A stretch of DNA of 64,000 nucleotides from Oscillospiraceae bacterium (GTDB taxonomy: Bacteria > Bacillota > Clostridia > Oscillospirales > Oscillospiraceae), in the NCBI GenBank assembly GCA_017435525.1, contig JAFSEW010000055.1:6722-70721 (forward strand). The letters run 5' to 3'. Below are positions 46,449-56,172 of the stretch, piece by piece; positions within the stretch are counted from its first letter, which is position 1, and every line of letters starts with the position of its first letter. The position numbers and the translations under genes were made by a program. The notes beneath the pieces are model-generated. The model ran no database searches, was not told the origin of the DNA, and saw nothing but the letters and a program-made list of their open reading frames with translations.

Positions 46449-46547
46449 TGCCTTCCCCTCTGGGGAAGGTGGCAGTCCGTAAGGACTGACGGAAGAGGAA
46501 AACCTCTCCCGCCCCTACGGGGCACCCTCCCAAAAGGGGAGGGCAAA
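46449..46547. repeat. Family C palindromic doublet between T-box and ileS
   Basis: GCCTTCCCCTCTGGGGAAGGTGGC ... CCTCCCAAAAGGGGAGGGC. Confidence 0.65.
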
Positions 46548-46782
46548 AAACGCCTTTGTCTCTTATGCAAGAGACAAAGGCGTAAAAATACCTCTGCGGT
46601 ACCACTCTCGTTCTGCTTGTAAAGCAGCACTCATGTGCGCGGTATCGGGCGCAAGCCGGCGCAGCCTACTGTATTTCGGTGCGCTGCTCAGAGGGGATAT
46701 CCGCGAATGCGCGCTTACTGCCTTGCACCAACCGGCAGCTCTCTGAAAACGGTGGATTCGCCGACGTGTCCTCGTCATAGCG
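46546..46782 (-). promoter_or_regulatory. T-box riboswitch, isoleucine specifier
   Basis: AGAGA and GGTTGGTGCAA boxes, specifier ATC (46698-46696), GAGTGGTACCGC T-box, terminator ACGCCTTTGTCTC/GAGACAAAGGCGTTTTTT. Confidence 0.9.
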
Positions 46783-46790
46783 TAATGGAT

Positions 46791-47498
46791 TTACTTGTGG
46801 TTGGGATCGTAATTCCGGCCAAACTGCAAATTGGCGAATTTGCTGGTGGTGGTGTCATTGACAGGATGCATGGGCTCTGCCTTGGGAGCAGTTTCTTCCG
46901 TAGTACCTACCAATGCTTCCAGATTGGAAGAGATCTCATCGGCAACAGCGTCGGTGGGATCAACAGTCTCCACGTTGTCCGGGTCGCTGTCGTAATCAAA
47001 AATGGTATTGCCTCCGGATACCGATGCGGCAACGGGAGTTACAGGACGGTTGGCTTCCCGAATCCGGGTCAAAGCCTGGATGCAGGCTTGCAGCTGATCC
47101 TCAATCTCCTGGATCTTCACAGAAGCAGTCTGACGGGCTTCTTCCACCCGGGCGTTTTCCTGCTCAATCAGGGAATTGGCATTTTTGGAATTTTCGGAAG
47201 CAGCAGTGCTGGCATCGTTTAGCATCTGCGCGCACTTGGTTTCTGCTTCCCTGACCATCATATCGCAGGTCTTCTGGGCGTTGACCATAGCATCTTTCAT
47301 GCTGGCCTCGTTTTTGCGGTACTCCTCCAGCTTACTGACCAAAACCCGCATCTTGCTTTTCAGCAGGGCGTTTTCCTTGTAAAGGGTAACATAGTCCTCA
47401 GTCAGCGGCTCCAAAAAAGCGTCAACAGATTGCATATCATATCCGCCAAAGGTCTGCCGACCGAAAGAAATCTGTTCAATTTGCTGCGGTGTAAACAT
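46791..47498 (-). CDS. divIVA: DivIVA domain protein
   Basis: MFTPQQI..F..GYDMQSVDAFL, coiled coil; upstream of ileS. Confidence 0.9.
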   Translation of the reverse strand: MFTPQQIEQISFGRQTFGGYDMQSVDAFLEPLTEDYVTLYKENALLKSKMRVLVSKLEEYRKNEASMKDAMVNAQKTCDMMVREAETKCAQMLNDASTAASENSKNANSLIEQENARVEEARQTASVKIQEIEDQLQACIQALTRIREANRPVTPVAASVSGGNTIFDYDSDPDNVETVDPTDAVADEISSNLEALVGTTEETAPKAEPMHPVNDTTTSKFANLQFGRNYDPNHK

Positions 47499-47519
47499 AT
47501 CTTATCCTTTCTGCGAAGC

Positions 47520-48059
47520 TTAGATGTAGCTCTCTACTTCGCTCTGAAGATTCTCCAGATCACCTACAACATCCATATTGTAGGGGCAGAACAGATAGGT
47601 AGACTGTGCGACCTTTCTTACCTTACCGTCCAAAGCGTAGGAACAACCGGACAGGAAGTCCACCACACGGCGAGCCATGGCCTTGTCCACGTTCTCCAGA
47701 TTCAAGATCACGACCTTCTTGCTGCGCAGGTCATCGGCAGCCTTGGAGGTGTCGTTGAAGTTGGAGGGATGGAACAGAACCACTTCCTGCTTGTTGCCGG
47801 AAACAACCTTGCCGCTGAAGCCGATGGGGGCACTGGGGGCAGGGGTGGGGGCAGCGGGGGTGGTATCAATGTCAAAGGAATCTTCTTCGACGTCGTTATT
47901 CAGCTTAAAGGGATTGGGACGGCGGCCACTGCGACCGGAACGGGCAGGCTCTGCCACTTCTTCCTCATAATCTTCCAGTTCGTCTTCGTCCTCGTAATCA
48001 TCATATTCTTCGTCTGCATAGGGGCGGGTAAACTTTTTAAGGTTATCCCAAATACTCAT
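47520..48059 (-). CDS. sepF: Cell division protein SepF
   Basis: VILNLE, ARRVVDFLSGCSYALDG. Confidence 0.93.
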   Translation of the reverse strand: MSIWDNLKKFTRPYADEEYDDYEDEDELEDYEEEVAEPARSGRSGRRPNPFKLNNDVEEDSFDIDTTPAAPTPAPSAPIGFSGKVVSGNKQEVVLFHPSNFNDTSKAADDLRSKKVVILNLENVDKAMARRVVDFLSGCSYALDGKVRKVAQSTYLFCPYNMDVVGDLENLQSEVESYI

Positions 48060-48097
48060 GGTTGATTTTCCTCCTGTATGTTCAATCATTGGAAATA

Positions 48098-48796
48098 TTA
48101 CTTGCGATAATCTCTCCGACCAAAGATGGCGGTACCCACACGGATCATGGTACTGCCGCAGGCGATGGCATCGGCAAAATCATCAGACATTCCCATAGAC
48201 AAAATGCCCATGGATACATTATCGCTTTTTTTTCTCGTTATGTCAACAGAAAGGTTGTACATTTCTTGAAAAAATTTGTGATTTCCTGTCGAATTTTCGG
48301 AAATTGGGGGGATAGCCATAAGTCCGCAGACCCGAATATTGGGAAAAACAGGGATTTTATCTAAAACTGTCCAAATCTCCCCGGGGGCAAAACCACCCTT
48401 TGCCGGTTCGTTGCCGATATTGATCTCCAGCAGAATGTCCTGCCTGAGTCCCTGCTTGGCAGCCTCTGCCTGAATGGCCTCCAGCAGCTTCATCCGATCC
48501 ACGCTTTGGATCAGGGAAACCTTGCCGACCACCTGCCTGACCTTGTTGGTCTGAAGACGGCCGATAAAATGCAGGGGACAGCCTTCGTAGGCATTCTCGG
48601 ATAGTTTTTGGGTCATTTCCTGAACCCGGTTTTCACCACAGATATCGATGCCAGCGGCGATTGCCTGCCGGACGGCATCGGCATCATTCATTTTCGTGGC
48701 GGCGCACAGGGCAATTTCTCTGGGATCCCGGCCTGCAGCCTGGGCGGCTGCTTCCATTTTCGCCCGGATAGCGGCAATGTTTTCAGCAATAGACAT
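48098..48796 (-). CDS. yggS: PLP homeostasis protein
   Basis: AATK, GENRVQE, HFIGRLQTNK, GLMAIP, LSMGMS, RVGTAIFG. Confidence 0.95.
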   Translation of the reverse strand: MSIAENIAAIRAKMEAAAQAAGRDPREIALCAATKMNDADAVRQAIAAGIDICGENRVQEMTQKLSENAYEGCPLHFIGRLQTNKVRQVVGKVSLIQSVDRMKLLEAIQAEAAKQGLRQDILLEINIGNEPAKGGFAPGEIWTVLDKIPVFPNIRVCGLMAIPPISENSTGNHKFFQEMYNLSVDITRKKSDNVSMGILSMGMSDDFADAIACGSTMIRVGTAIFGRRDYRK

Positions 48797-48830
48797 GGTA
48801 AAACCTCTGTATCTGTAAATATTTGTACAG

Positions 48831-48862
48831 CAAAAAGCGACGGTTGCAACCGTCGCCTTTGC
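48831..48862 (-). terminator. hfq terminator
   Basis: AAAAAGCGACGGTT-GC-AACCGTCGC. Confidence 0.7.
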
Positions 48863-48867
48863 GTGGA

Positions 48868-49098
48868 TTATGCGGTGGGAGCGGCGGCCTTCAGGGGTTT
48901 CATAGGCGCCAGAGTAGAGATGGCATGCTTGTAGATCATCTGCTGCTTGCCGTCGCTGACCAGTACCACCACAAAGCTGTCATAGCCTGTGACAGTGCCC
49001 CGAAGCTGAAAGCCGTTCATAAGGAATAGGGTCACCGGTATTTTGTCCCGGCGCACCTCACGCAAAATGGCTTCCTGTAAGTTGATTGCATCTGACAT
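48868..49098 (-). CDS. hfq: RNA chaperone Hfq
   Basis: [21 protein letters not shown]; after miaA. Confidence 0.95.
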   Translation of the reverse strand: MSDAINLQEAILREVRRDKIPVTLFLMNGFQLRGTVTGYDSFVVVLVSDGKQQMIYKHAISTLAPMKPLKAAAPTA

Positions 49099-49141
49099 AT
49101 GTATACCTTCTTTCTTTGGGATATCCATATGTTAGCATTTT

Positions 49142-50071
49142 TCAGTTGTCGAATTCGTTTAGAATCTGTCGGGCGTTTGCAAGAATTTCCCCGGTGCTTT
49201 CCTCCGGGTGACGGACCAGCCAGTGTATGGCTTTGTTTCGCCGAAACCAGGTCAGCTGCCGCTTGGCGTAGTGCCGGGAAGCTTTTTTGACTTCCTCTGC
49301 CGCCTGTTCCATGCTGCCGTTTCCTTCCAGCGCGGCTACAAATTCCTTGTAACCGATGGCCTGCATGGCTGTGCATTTTTCCGGAACACCGCTGTCGAGC
49401 AGGCTGCGGATCTCTTCCACCAAACCCTGCTGCAGCATGATATCCACCCGCAGGTCAATGCGGTCATAAAGCTGCTGCCGATCCGCAAAATCCAAACCAA
49501 ACCAAAGGGGTGTATATTTGGGCGGTATGGCTTGGGTCCTTCGGTTATGCTCGGTGATGGTCTGCCCGGTTTCGTAGTAGACTTCCAGCGCGCGGATCAG
49601 CCGCTTCCGGTCGTGGATCCGGGATTCTGCCTCGGGATCGATGCTTCGCAGCAGCTCCCGCATGGCATCCATGCCCTCCGCGTCTGCCTGGGCTTCCAGC
49701 CGCTCCCGGACACCGGTGGCGGGGAAGGGGGCAAAATCGTTGCCCTTTATCAGACTGTCCATGTAAAGCCCCGTGCCGCCGGCGATGATGGCGGTCTTTC
49801 CCCGGGAAATAATGTCATCAACAATAGGCGATGCCATGGCGCAGTACCGGCTGACAGAGAAATCCTCCCAAGGCTCTGCCACATCCAGCATATGGTGGGG
49901 AATGCCCTGCATTTCTTCTTTTGTGGGCTTTGCCGTGCCGATGTCCATGGAGCGGTATACCTGCATGGAGTCGCAGGAAACCACCTCGCCGTTTGTGACC
50001 TTGGCAAGCTCCACCGCAAAGGCGGTTTTTCCGGAGGCCGTCGGCCCGGCGATACATATGATGTTGTTCAC
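49142..50071 (-). CDS. miaA: tRNA dimethylallyltransferase
   Basis: GPTASGKT, DSMQVY, IGTAKP, GGTGLY, YAKRQLTW. Confidence 0.97.
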   Translation of the reverse strand: MNNIICIAGPTASGKTAFAVELAKVTNGEVVSCDSMQVYRSMDIGTAKPTKEEMQGIPHHMLDVAEPWEDFSVSRYCAMASPIVDDIISRGKTAIIAGGTGLYMDSLIKGNDFAPFPATGVRERLEAQADAEGMDAMRELLRSIDPEAESRIHDRKRLIRALEVYYETGQTITEHNRRTQAIPPKYTPLWFGLDFADRQQLYDRIDLRVDIMLQQGLVEEIRSLLDSGVPEKCTAMQAIGYKEFVAALEGNGSMEQAAEEVKKASRHYAKRQLTWFRRNKAIHWLVRHPEESTGEILANARQILNEFDN

Positions 50072-50104
50072 TGAACCTTGACCTCCTTTGCGGATCAGCT
50101 CCGC

Positions 50105-50848
50105 TTAATTTGCGTTTTCTAATTGATCTAGCAGAACCGTCATTTCACTCCATTCGTGAATGTGCAGATGATCACTCTTTGGCGAAATATTATTGGCATG
50201 ACCACTGTGAGCCTGATCTGTGTCATTATCATACCAAACAGGAAATATGCCTGCTTGCGAGGCACCATCGACATCCTTCTGCGGATCATCGCCGCAATAC
50301 CAAACATCTTTTGCATCAAGTCCTGCTTTATGTAAGGCCAGCTTAAACAGCCGGGGGTTGGGTTTGCGGATAGCATACTCACTGGAAGTAACAATAAACT
50401 CAAATTGATTGCGGGGAAGCAGACGGTTAATTCTGTCGGCTAATGCTCTTTCCGAGAACATAATATTACTTATGACAGCGGTTCTGATTTGTTTGGCGGC
50501 AAGGAAATCCAGCATTTCCTCTGCACCGGGCATAACAGCTCCAGGTGAAATATTATTCCAAAGAATGCGCTCTGCTTCATCAAAAGGAACTGTATACCGC
50601 AGGCCAAGACGCTCACATTTGTAACGGAGAATAGTGTGTTCGTGAATCTCATAGCCGAGTTTCCTGGCAGGCTCAAACTCACGACATATTTCCTTTACAA
50701 AATCATTTGCCTGTTCCGGTGTAATATTATTAGGATTGTATTTGATGTATTGAAAGAGTGCCAGTTCGCCATTGAGTGTATTATAACCGGGTTCGTACAG
50801 TAAGGTGTGACCATAATCGAATATGATCATTTTTGGATATTTCAGCAT
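50105..50848 (-). CDS. HAD-superfamily hydrolase (low GC)
   Basis: FDYGHTL, VISN, RKPNP, GDDPQKD. Confidence 0.88.
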   Translation of the reverse strand: MLKYPKMIIFDYGHTLLYEPGYNTLNGELALFQYIKYNPNNITPEQANDFVKEICREFEPARKLGYEIHEHTILRYKCERLGLRYTVPFDEAERILWNNISPGAVMPGAEEMLDFLAAKQIRTAVISNIMFSERALADRINRLLPRNQFEFIVTSSEYAIRKPNPRLFKLALHKAGLDAKDVWYCGDDPQKDVDGASQAGIFPVWYDNDTDQAHSGHANNISPKSDHLHIHEWSEMTVLLDQLENAN

Positions 50849-50862
50849 AAGCTATCCTCAAT

Positions 50863-52794
50863 CTAACTCCGCTTAAATTGCTTCTCCAGCTGCTTTTTAC
50901 TCAATGTTACGCAGATAGGTCTGCCATGGGGGCAGTATTTCAGATCATCTCTGGTCATAACCTGTTTAACCAGCGCCAAAAGCTCCGGTTCGCTGGTAGT
51001 CCAGCCGGCTTTGATGGCAGCCTTGCAGGCAACAGTGTGGAGCATCTCGTCCCGTACCTTGGTTTTCTCCTCCCGGCGACCGGTGAGTAAATCGGCAGCC
51101 AAAGATTCCAAAGCGTCCTTTGCGTCCTCCGGACTTAAGTCCATGGGGATCTGCCGGGCCAGAATGGTATGATCGCCAAATTCATCAATTTCAAAACCCA
51201 ATTCTGCAAGCAGCTGCGTGTTGGCAAGAAGCTCTCCCACAGCCTCAGCATTCAAGGTGACGGGAACAGGGGTCAGAAGCATCTGAGAAGAGATAGCCTC
51301 TTGGTTGGCTTTCAGCTTTTCGAAGAGGATCCGTTCGTGGGCGGCATGCTTGTCGATGAGGAACGCGTCTTCACCCTGCTCCACAATAATATAAGTATTG
51401 TAAAGCTCGCCAACCATCCGCCAGGGAATTTCCGCAGCCATAGGCAGCTCCTGCTGCTCCGGTTCCGGCTCGGGCAAAGGCTCCGGCTCGGGCATAGGCG
51501 GCGCAACCGGCTTGGGCGGTGTGTACATAGGTGGCAGCTTGGTCATGCCCGGAAGCAAAACAGACTCTTTTAATGCGTCCTTTCGCTGCGAATCTACCTT
51601 AATGGCGGCAGCAGCTGCGGCCTGAGGCTTGGGCTGGGGCGCATTTTGAACAGCAGTGGAAAAATTCTTGTATTCTTCCGCCGTCATGGTGCGGAAGAAG
51701 GAATTTGCTTCCCCTTTGCGGGGGACAGTCACTGCAGGCGACTGAGGGGTGGGGGATTTTTCCTGTCTTTCAGGGAACGAAGGCTTAAATTGCACCTGAG
51801 GCCGGTCAGTTTGCTTGTTCAGCGCACCCAAAACACCATAGTGTACACAGTCAAAAGCGGATTTTTCCGAGAGGAATTTTACTTCCGTTTTTGCTGGATG
51901 GATGTTCACATCTACGGCGTTGACAGGCAGGGTCAAATGCAGCACGCAGGCAGGAAACTTGCCCACCATGATCTGGTTGCGGTAAGCTTCCTCCAGCGCC
52001 TTGATCAGCAGCTTGGAAACCACAGGCCGACCGTTGACAAAGAAGGTTTGTAGGCTTCGACTGGGACGGGCATCTGTAGGCTTGCTGACAAAGCCGGTGA
52101 GGGTGTAGTTATCCCAACGGCTTTCTACGGGGATCATTTTTCCACCATCCCGTCCATAAACGCAGTACACGGCATCTTTCAGATTTCCGGTGCCGGGGGT
52201 GGACAGGATTTGCTTTCCGTCCCGTAAAAAGGTAAAGGAAACCTCGGGATGCGCCAGCGCCTGAAGCTGAACCGCGGCGGCTACCCGACCGCCTTCCACC
52301 GTGTCGGATTTCATAAATTTCATTCGTGCCGGAGTGTTGAAAAACAGATCCCGGATCAAAATGGTGGTACCGACGGGACAGCCGGCTTCGGATTCTTCTG
52401 TAATGTTTCCGGCTTCCAGGTGGAGGCTCACACCGCTGAGAGCATCGGCTGTTCTTGTCAGCAAATCGATGCGGCTGACAGAAGCGATGGCTGCCAAAGC
52501 TTCACCCCGGAAGCCCATGGTTTCAATGGCGGCAAGATCCTCCGCGCTGCGCAGCTTGGAGGTTGCATGGCGCAAAAAGGCTGTCTTGGCATCCTCAGGT
52601 GCCATACCGCAGCCATTGTCGGTGACACGCAAAAAGGTCATACCACCGTCTTTGATCTCAACGGTGATCTTGGTAGCACCGGCATCCACGGCATTTTCCA
52701 AAAGCTCCTTTACCGCAGAAGCAGGTCGTTCTACTACTTCACCGGCAGCGATTAGGTTGGCAACATGCTGGGGAAGTTCCATAATTTTCGGCAT
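50863..52794 (-). CDS. mutL: DNA mismatch repair endonuclease MutL
   Basis: AAGEVVERP, GFRGEALA, DKHAAHER, ACK, CPHGRP. Confidence 0.98.
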   Translation of the reverse strand: MPKIMELPQHVANLIAAGEVVERPASAVKELLENAVDAGATKITVEIKDGGMTFLRVTDNGCGMAPEDAKTAFLRHATSKLRSAEDLAAIETMGFRGEALAAIASVSRIDLLTRTADALSGVSLHLEAGNITEESEAGCPVGTTILIRDLFFNTPARMKFMKSDTVEGGRVAAAVQLQALAHPEVSFTFLRDGKQILSTPGTGNLKDAVYCVYGRDGGKMIPVESRWDNYTLTGFVSKPTDARPSRSLQTFFVNGRPVVSKLLIKALEEAYRNQIMVGKFPACVLHLTLPVNAVDVNIHPAKTEVKFLSEKSAFDCVHYGVLGALNKQTDRPQVQFKPSFPERQEKSPTPQSPAVTVPRKGEANSFFRTMTAEEYKNFSTAVQNAPQPKPQAAAAAAIKVDSQRKDALKESVLLPGMTKLPPMYTPPKPVAPPMPEPEPLPEPEPEQQELPMAAEIPWRMVGELYNTYIIVEQGEDAFLIDKHAAHERILFEKLKANQEAISSQMLLTPVPVTLNAEAVGELLANTQLLAELGFEIDEFGDHTILARQIPMDLSPEDAKDALESLAADLLTGRREEKTKVRDEMLHTVACKAAIKAGWTTSEPELLALVKQVMTRDDLKYCPHGRPICVTLSKKQLEKQFKRS

Positions 52795-52798
52795 AGGA

Positions 52799-53494
52799 TC
52801 ACCTCAAAGTTAACAGTCCCGCGGCATTGACTGCTGCGTGGATCAAAATCGGGCAGAGCAGAGAACCGGAGACCCGGTAGGCTGCTGCCAAACAAATACC
52901 GGCAGGTAAATATTGCACAAAACAAAGGGCGAGGGTAAGGGGAGAAACAACGCCCCAATAATTTTTTACATGGACAAAAGCGAAAATGAACACAGAAAAC
53001 ACCCAGGCTGCCCAGGGGGCGCGTTGGTAAAGTCCCCGGAAAAGCACCCCACGGAAGAAGCATTCCTCTGCAATGGGTACAAAGATCACAGTCCCTATGG
53101 CCACCAACAGGAAGTTCTCCCGGAGCAAACCAAAGATTGTCTGATCGTTAACATTGGAAAAATCCGTCGAAACCCGGGAAAGCAGCCAGCCAAGTGCTCG
53201 GGAAGCGCCTTGGTTTATTCCGAAGAAAAGAATTCCCACCAATAAGATCCGTAGCAGCTGTTTTGGGGGAACAGGGAAGAAGCCCTTTAAAAAACGATGC
53301 AGGATTCCCAAAGCCGCACCCAAATTGATGGTGAAAAAGAGAAAATTCACCCATGCTGCCGGGAGGGGAGCAGGCAGAAGCCTGTTTCCATAGGAAAGCA
53401 GACCCGGCAGAAATACGGTCTGAAACAGTAAGTACCGGATGCCACGGGATAATTCTTTTCTTGTAAGTTGGTTTTGGGCGAAGTTGTTGTTCAT
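52799..53494 (-). CDS. CPBP (CAAX/Abi) intramembrane metalloprotease
   Basis: PIAEECFFRG, FAFVH, IHAAVN. Confidence 0.88.
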   Translation of the reverse strand: MNNNFAQNQLTRKELSRGIRYLLFQTVFLPGLLSYGNRLLPAPLPAAWVNFLFFTINLGAALGILHRFLKGFFPVPPKQLLRILLVGILFFGINQGASRALGWLLSRVSTDFSNVNDQTIFGLLRENFLLVAIGTVIFVPIAEECFFRGVLFRGLYQRAPWAAWVFSVFIFAFVHVKNYWGVVSPLTLALCFVQYLPAGICLAAAYRVSGSLLCPILIHAAVNAAGLLTLR

Positions 53495-53519
53495 TATTTT
53501 GATCCTAAATAAGCAGTGT

Positions 53520-56135
53520 TTACAGAGAGTCTCCCAGCATCTTCTTCAGCTTATACAGCTCATTCATGGCTTCAATGGGAGTCAGGGTCTCCACATGGAT
53601 GGCTTCCAGTGCTTGACAGACCTGCTGGGAGCTTAAGTCCATCATGCTGATCTGATCTTCAGGCTGCACAGGAATGACAGCAGGACGGGTTGCGCCGCCC
53701 TCAGCTTCCAGCTCCGCTAGGATCTCCCGGGCCCGGGAAACAACGGCACTGGGAAGACCTGCCAGCTTGGCAACCTCCACACCGTAGCTGTCATCGGTAG
53801 CACCGGGGATGATCTTGCGCAGGAAGATCATCTGGTCTGCCCGCTTTTTTACCGCAATGTTGTAGTTTTTTACATTGGGAAGCTTGTCTTCCATGGTGGA
53901 AAGCTCATGGTAGTGGGTAGCAAAGAGGGTTTTCGCACCCAGCTTCTTGGGGTTGGCGGCATACTCCAGCACAGCCCGGGCAATGGCCATACCGTCATAG
54001 GTGGAAGTGCCCCGGCCGATCTCATCCAAAATCAGCAGACTTTTGGAAGTGGCATGCTTCAAAATGGTGGCAACCTCCGACATTTCCACCATAAAGGTGG
54101 ACTGACCCGAAGCCAAATCATCGCTGGCACCGATTCTTGTAAAGACCCGGTCTACAATGCCCAGCCGGGCGCTGCGGGCAGGCACAAAAGAACCGATCTG
54201 CGCCATCAGTACGATCAGCGCCACCTGCCGCATATAGGTGGATTTACCTGCCATATTCGGGCCTGTGATAATGGCGACCTGATTGCTTCCGTTATCCAAA
54301 CGGGTATCGTTGGGAACAAACAAAGTGTCCTTCAAAACCACTTCCACCACAGGGTGGCGACCGTCAACAATGGAAATCTCGTTGTCCAGGGTGATTTCCG
54401 GACGGCAGTAATCCCGCTGTACGGCAACGGCAGCCAAAGAGCACAGGGTATCTACCGCGGCCACAGCGGCAGCGGTAAGCTGGACTCTTGCCGCCTGATC
54501 GGCCAGGTATTCCCGCAGCTGGGTAAAGATCTGATATTCCAAGGCAGTCAGCCGATCCCGGGCCCCCAGGACCTGGTCTTCCAGCTCCTTCAGCTCGGGG
54601 GTGATGTAACGCTCGCAGTTGGCTAAGGTCTGCTTGCGGACATAGTGCATGGGCACCTGATCCGTAAAGGACTTGGAAACTTCAATGTAATAACCGAAGA
54701 CCCGGTTGTAGCTGACCTTCAGGGTGCGGATGCCGGTCTTTTCCTTTTCCGCGGTCTCGATGGCGGCGAGAGTTCCTTTGCCGCCGTTCATAATATCCCG
54801 CAGGCGGTCGGCTTCGGCATTGGCACCGGGACGGATAATGCCGCCTTCCCGCACCGTCAGGGGAGGATCGTCTACGATGGTGCTTTCGATCCTGTCAGCA
54901 CAGTCGGTCAGCGGGTCAATGGCTTCCTGAAGCTTTTGCAGCAGCGGCGCGTCAATTTGACTAAGAAGCTCCTTGATCTCCGGCAAAGCCCGGATTCCCC
55001 GGGCAAAGCCCAACAGATCCCGGCAGTTGACGCTGCCGGTGACGATCCGGGTCTGTACACGCTCCAAATCGGTAATATCCTTCAGGGCTTCGATCAGCTC
55101 GCTGCGGCGGATGGTGTCATTCACCAATTTCTCCACAGCGGTTTGTCTGTGGGTGATCTCCAAAGGATCCAAAAGGGGCTTTTCCAGCCAGGAGCGAAGC
55201 ATACGGCCGCCCATAGCGGTACTGGTTTTGTCCAAAACCCACAGCAGAGAACCCTTTTTGTCCTTGCTGCGCATGGTCTCCACCAGCTCCAGGTTTCTCC
55301 GGGCATCCAGATCCAGCTCCATAAATTTACCGCTGGTGTAGTATTCCAGTACCCGGATATGGGCAAGCTCGTTCTTTTGTAAGGTTAGCAAAGTCTGCAG
55401 CAGCGTGCCGCTGGCAATGGTGGCGGCAGAGAGATTTCCAAGACCCATTTGAGCCAAAGACATATGAAAATGGCTTTCCAGTAAAGCTTCCGCTTGGGCT
55501 TCGTTCAGCTGAACCTGCCGCTCATGGCTGATGCAGCATTTCAGCCGCAGATTCAAAGTATCGTCCAGCTCCTGACAGGATACCCCCTCGCCGAAACGGA
55601 TCACCTCTGTAGGTGCAAAGCGACCCAGCTCAGAAGCGGTGGCGGAAGCGTCCTGACAGGTGGTGGCGTAGAACGCGCCGGTGGAAACATCACAGAAGGC
55701 CAGCCCAAACTGCCCTTTCTGACCGTAAATGCAGGCAAAATAGTTGTTCTTCCGTTCCTCCAGCATACAGCTTTCCGTAACCGTGCCGGGGGTGACGATC
55801 CGGGTGATGTCCCGTTCTACCAAGCCTTTGGTGGTGGCAGGATCCTGCATCTGCTCGCAGATGGCTACCCGGTAGCCTTTTTGCACCAACCGGGCGATGT
55901 AGGCATCCACACTGTGGAAGGGAACACCGCACATGGGCGTCTGTTCCTCCTTTGGCTTGCCCCGGTCCCGGGTGGTGAGGGTCAGATCCAGCTCCCGGGA
56001 AGCGATCCGGGCATCCTCGTCAAACATTTCATAAAAATCGCCCAGTCGGAAAAACAGGATGCAGTCCTGATTGCGTTCTTTAATTTCGTGATACTGCCGC
56101 TGCATGGGAGTCAGTTCATTGGTGGGTTTTGCCAT
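53520..56135 (-). CDS. mutS: DNA mismatch repair protein MutS
   Basis: TPMQRQY, GDFYE, TGPNMAGKST, DEIGRGTS, ATHYHEL. Confidence 0.98.
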   Translation of the reverse strand: MAKPTNELTPMQRQYHEIKERNQDCILFFRLGDFYEMFDEDARIASRELDLTLTTRDRGKPKEEQTPMCGVPFHSVDAYIARLVQKGYRVAICEQMQDPATTKGLVERDITRIVTPGTVTESCMLEERKNNYFACIYGQKGQFGLAFCDVSTGAFYATTCQDASATASELGRFAPTEVIRFGEGVSCQELDDTLNLRLKCCISHERQVQLNEAQAEALLESHFHMSLAQMGLGNLSAATIASGTLLQTLLTLQKNELAHIRVLEYYTSGKFMELDLDARRNLELVETMRSKDKKGSLLWVLDKTSTAMGGRMLRSWLEKPLLDPLEITHRQTAVEKLVNDTIRRSELIEALKDITDLERVQTRIVTGSVNCRDLLGFARGIRALPEIKELLSQIDAPLLQKLQEAIDPLTDCADRIESTIVDDPPLTVREGGIIRPGANAEADRLRDIMNGGKGTLAAIETAEKEKTGIRTLKVSYNRVFGYYIEVSKSFTDQVPMHYVRKQTLANCERYITPELKELEDQVLGARDRLTALEYQIFTQLREYLADQAARVQLTAAAVAAVDTLCSLAAVAVQRDYCRPEITLDNEISIVDGRHPVVEVVLKDTLFVPNDTRLDNGSNQVAIITGPNMAGKSTYMRQVALIVLMAQIGSFVPARSARLGIVDRVFTRIGASDDLASGQSTFMVEMSEVATILKHATSKSLLILDEIGRGTSTYDGMAIARAVLEYAANPKKLGAKTLFATHYHELSTMEDKLPNVKNYNIAVKKRADQMIFLRKIIPGATDDSYGVEVAKLAGLPSAVVSRAREILAELEAEGGATRPAVIPVQPEDQISMMDLSSQQVCQALEAIHVETLTPIEAMNELYKLKKMLGDSL

Positions 56136-56172
56136 GACAGAGACCTCTTTCTGTGTAATGTAGGGGGACTTT

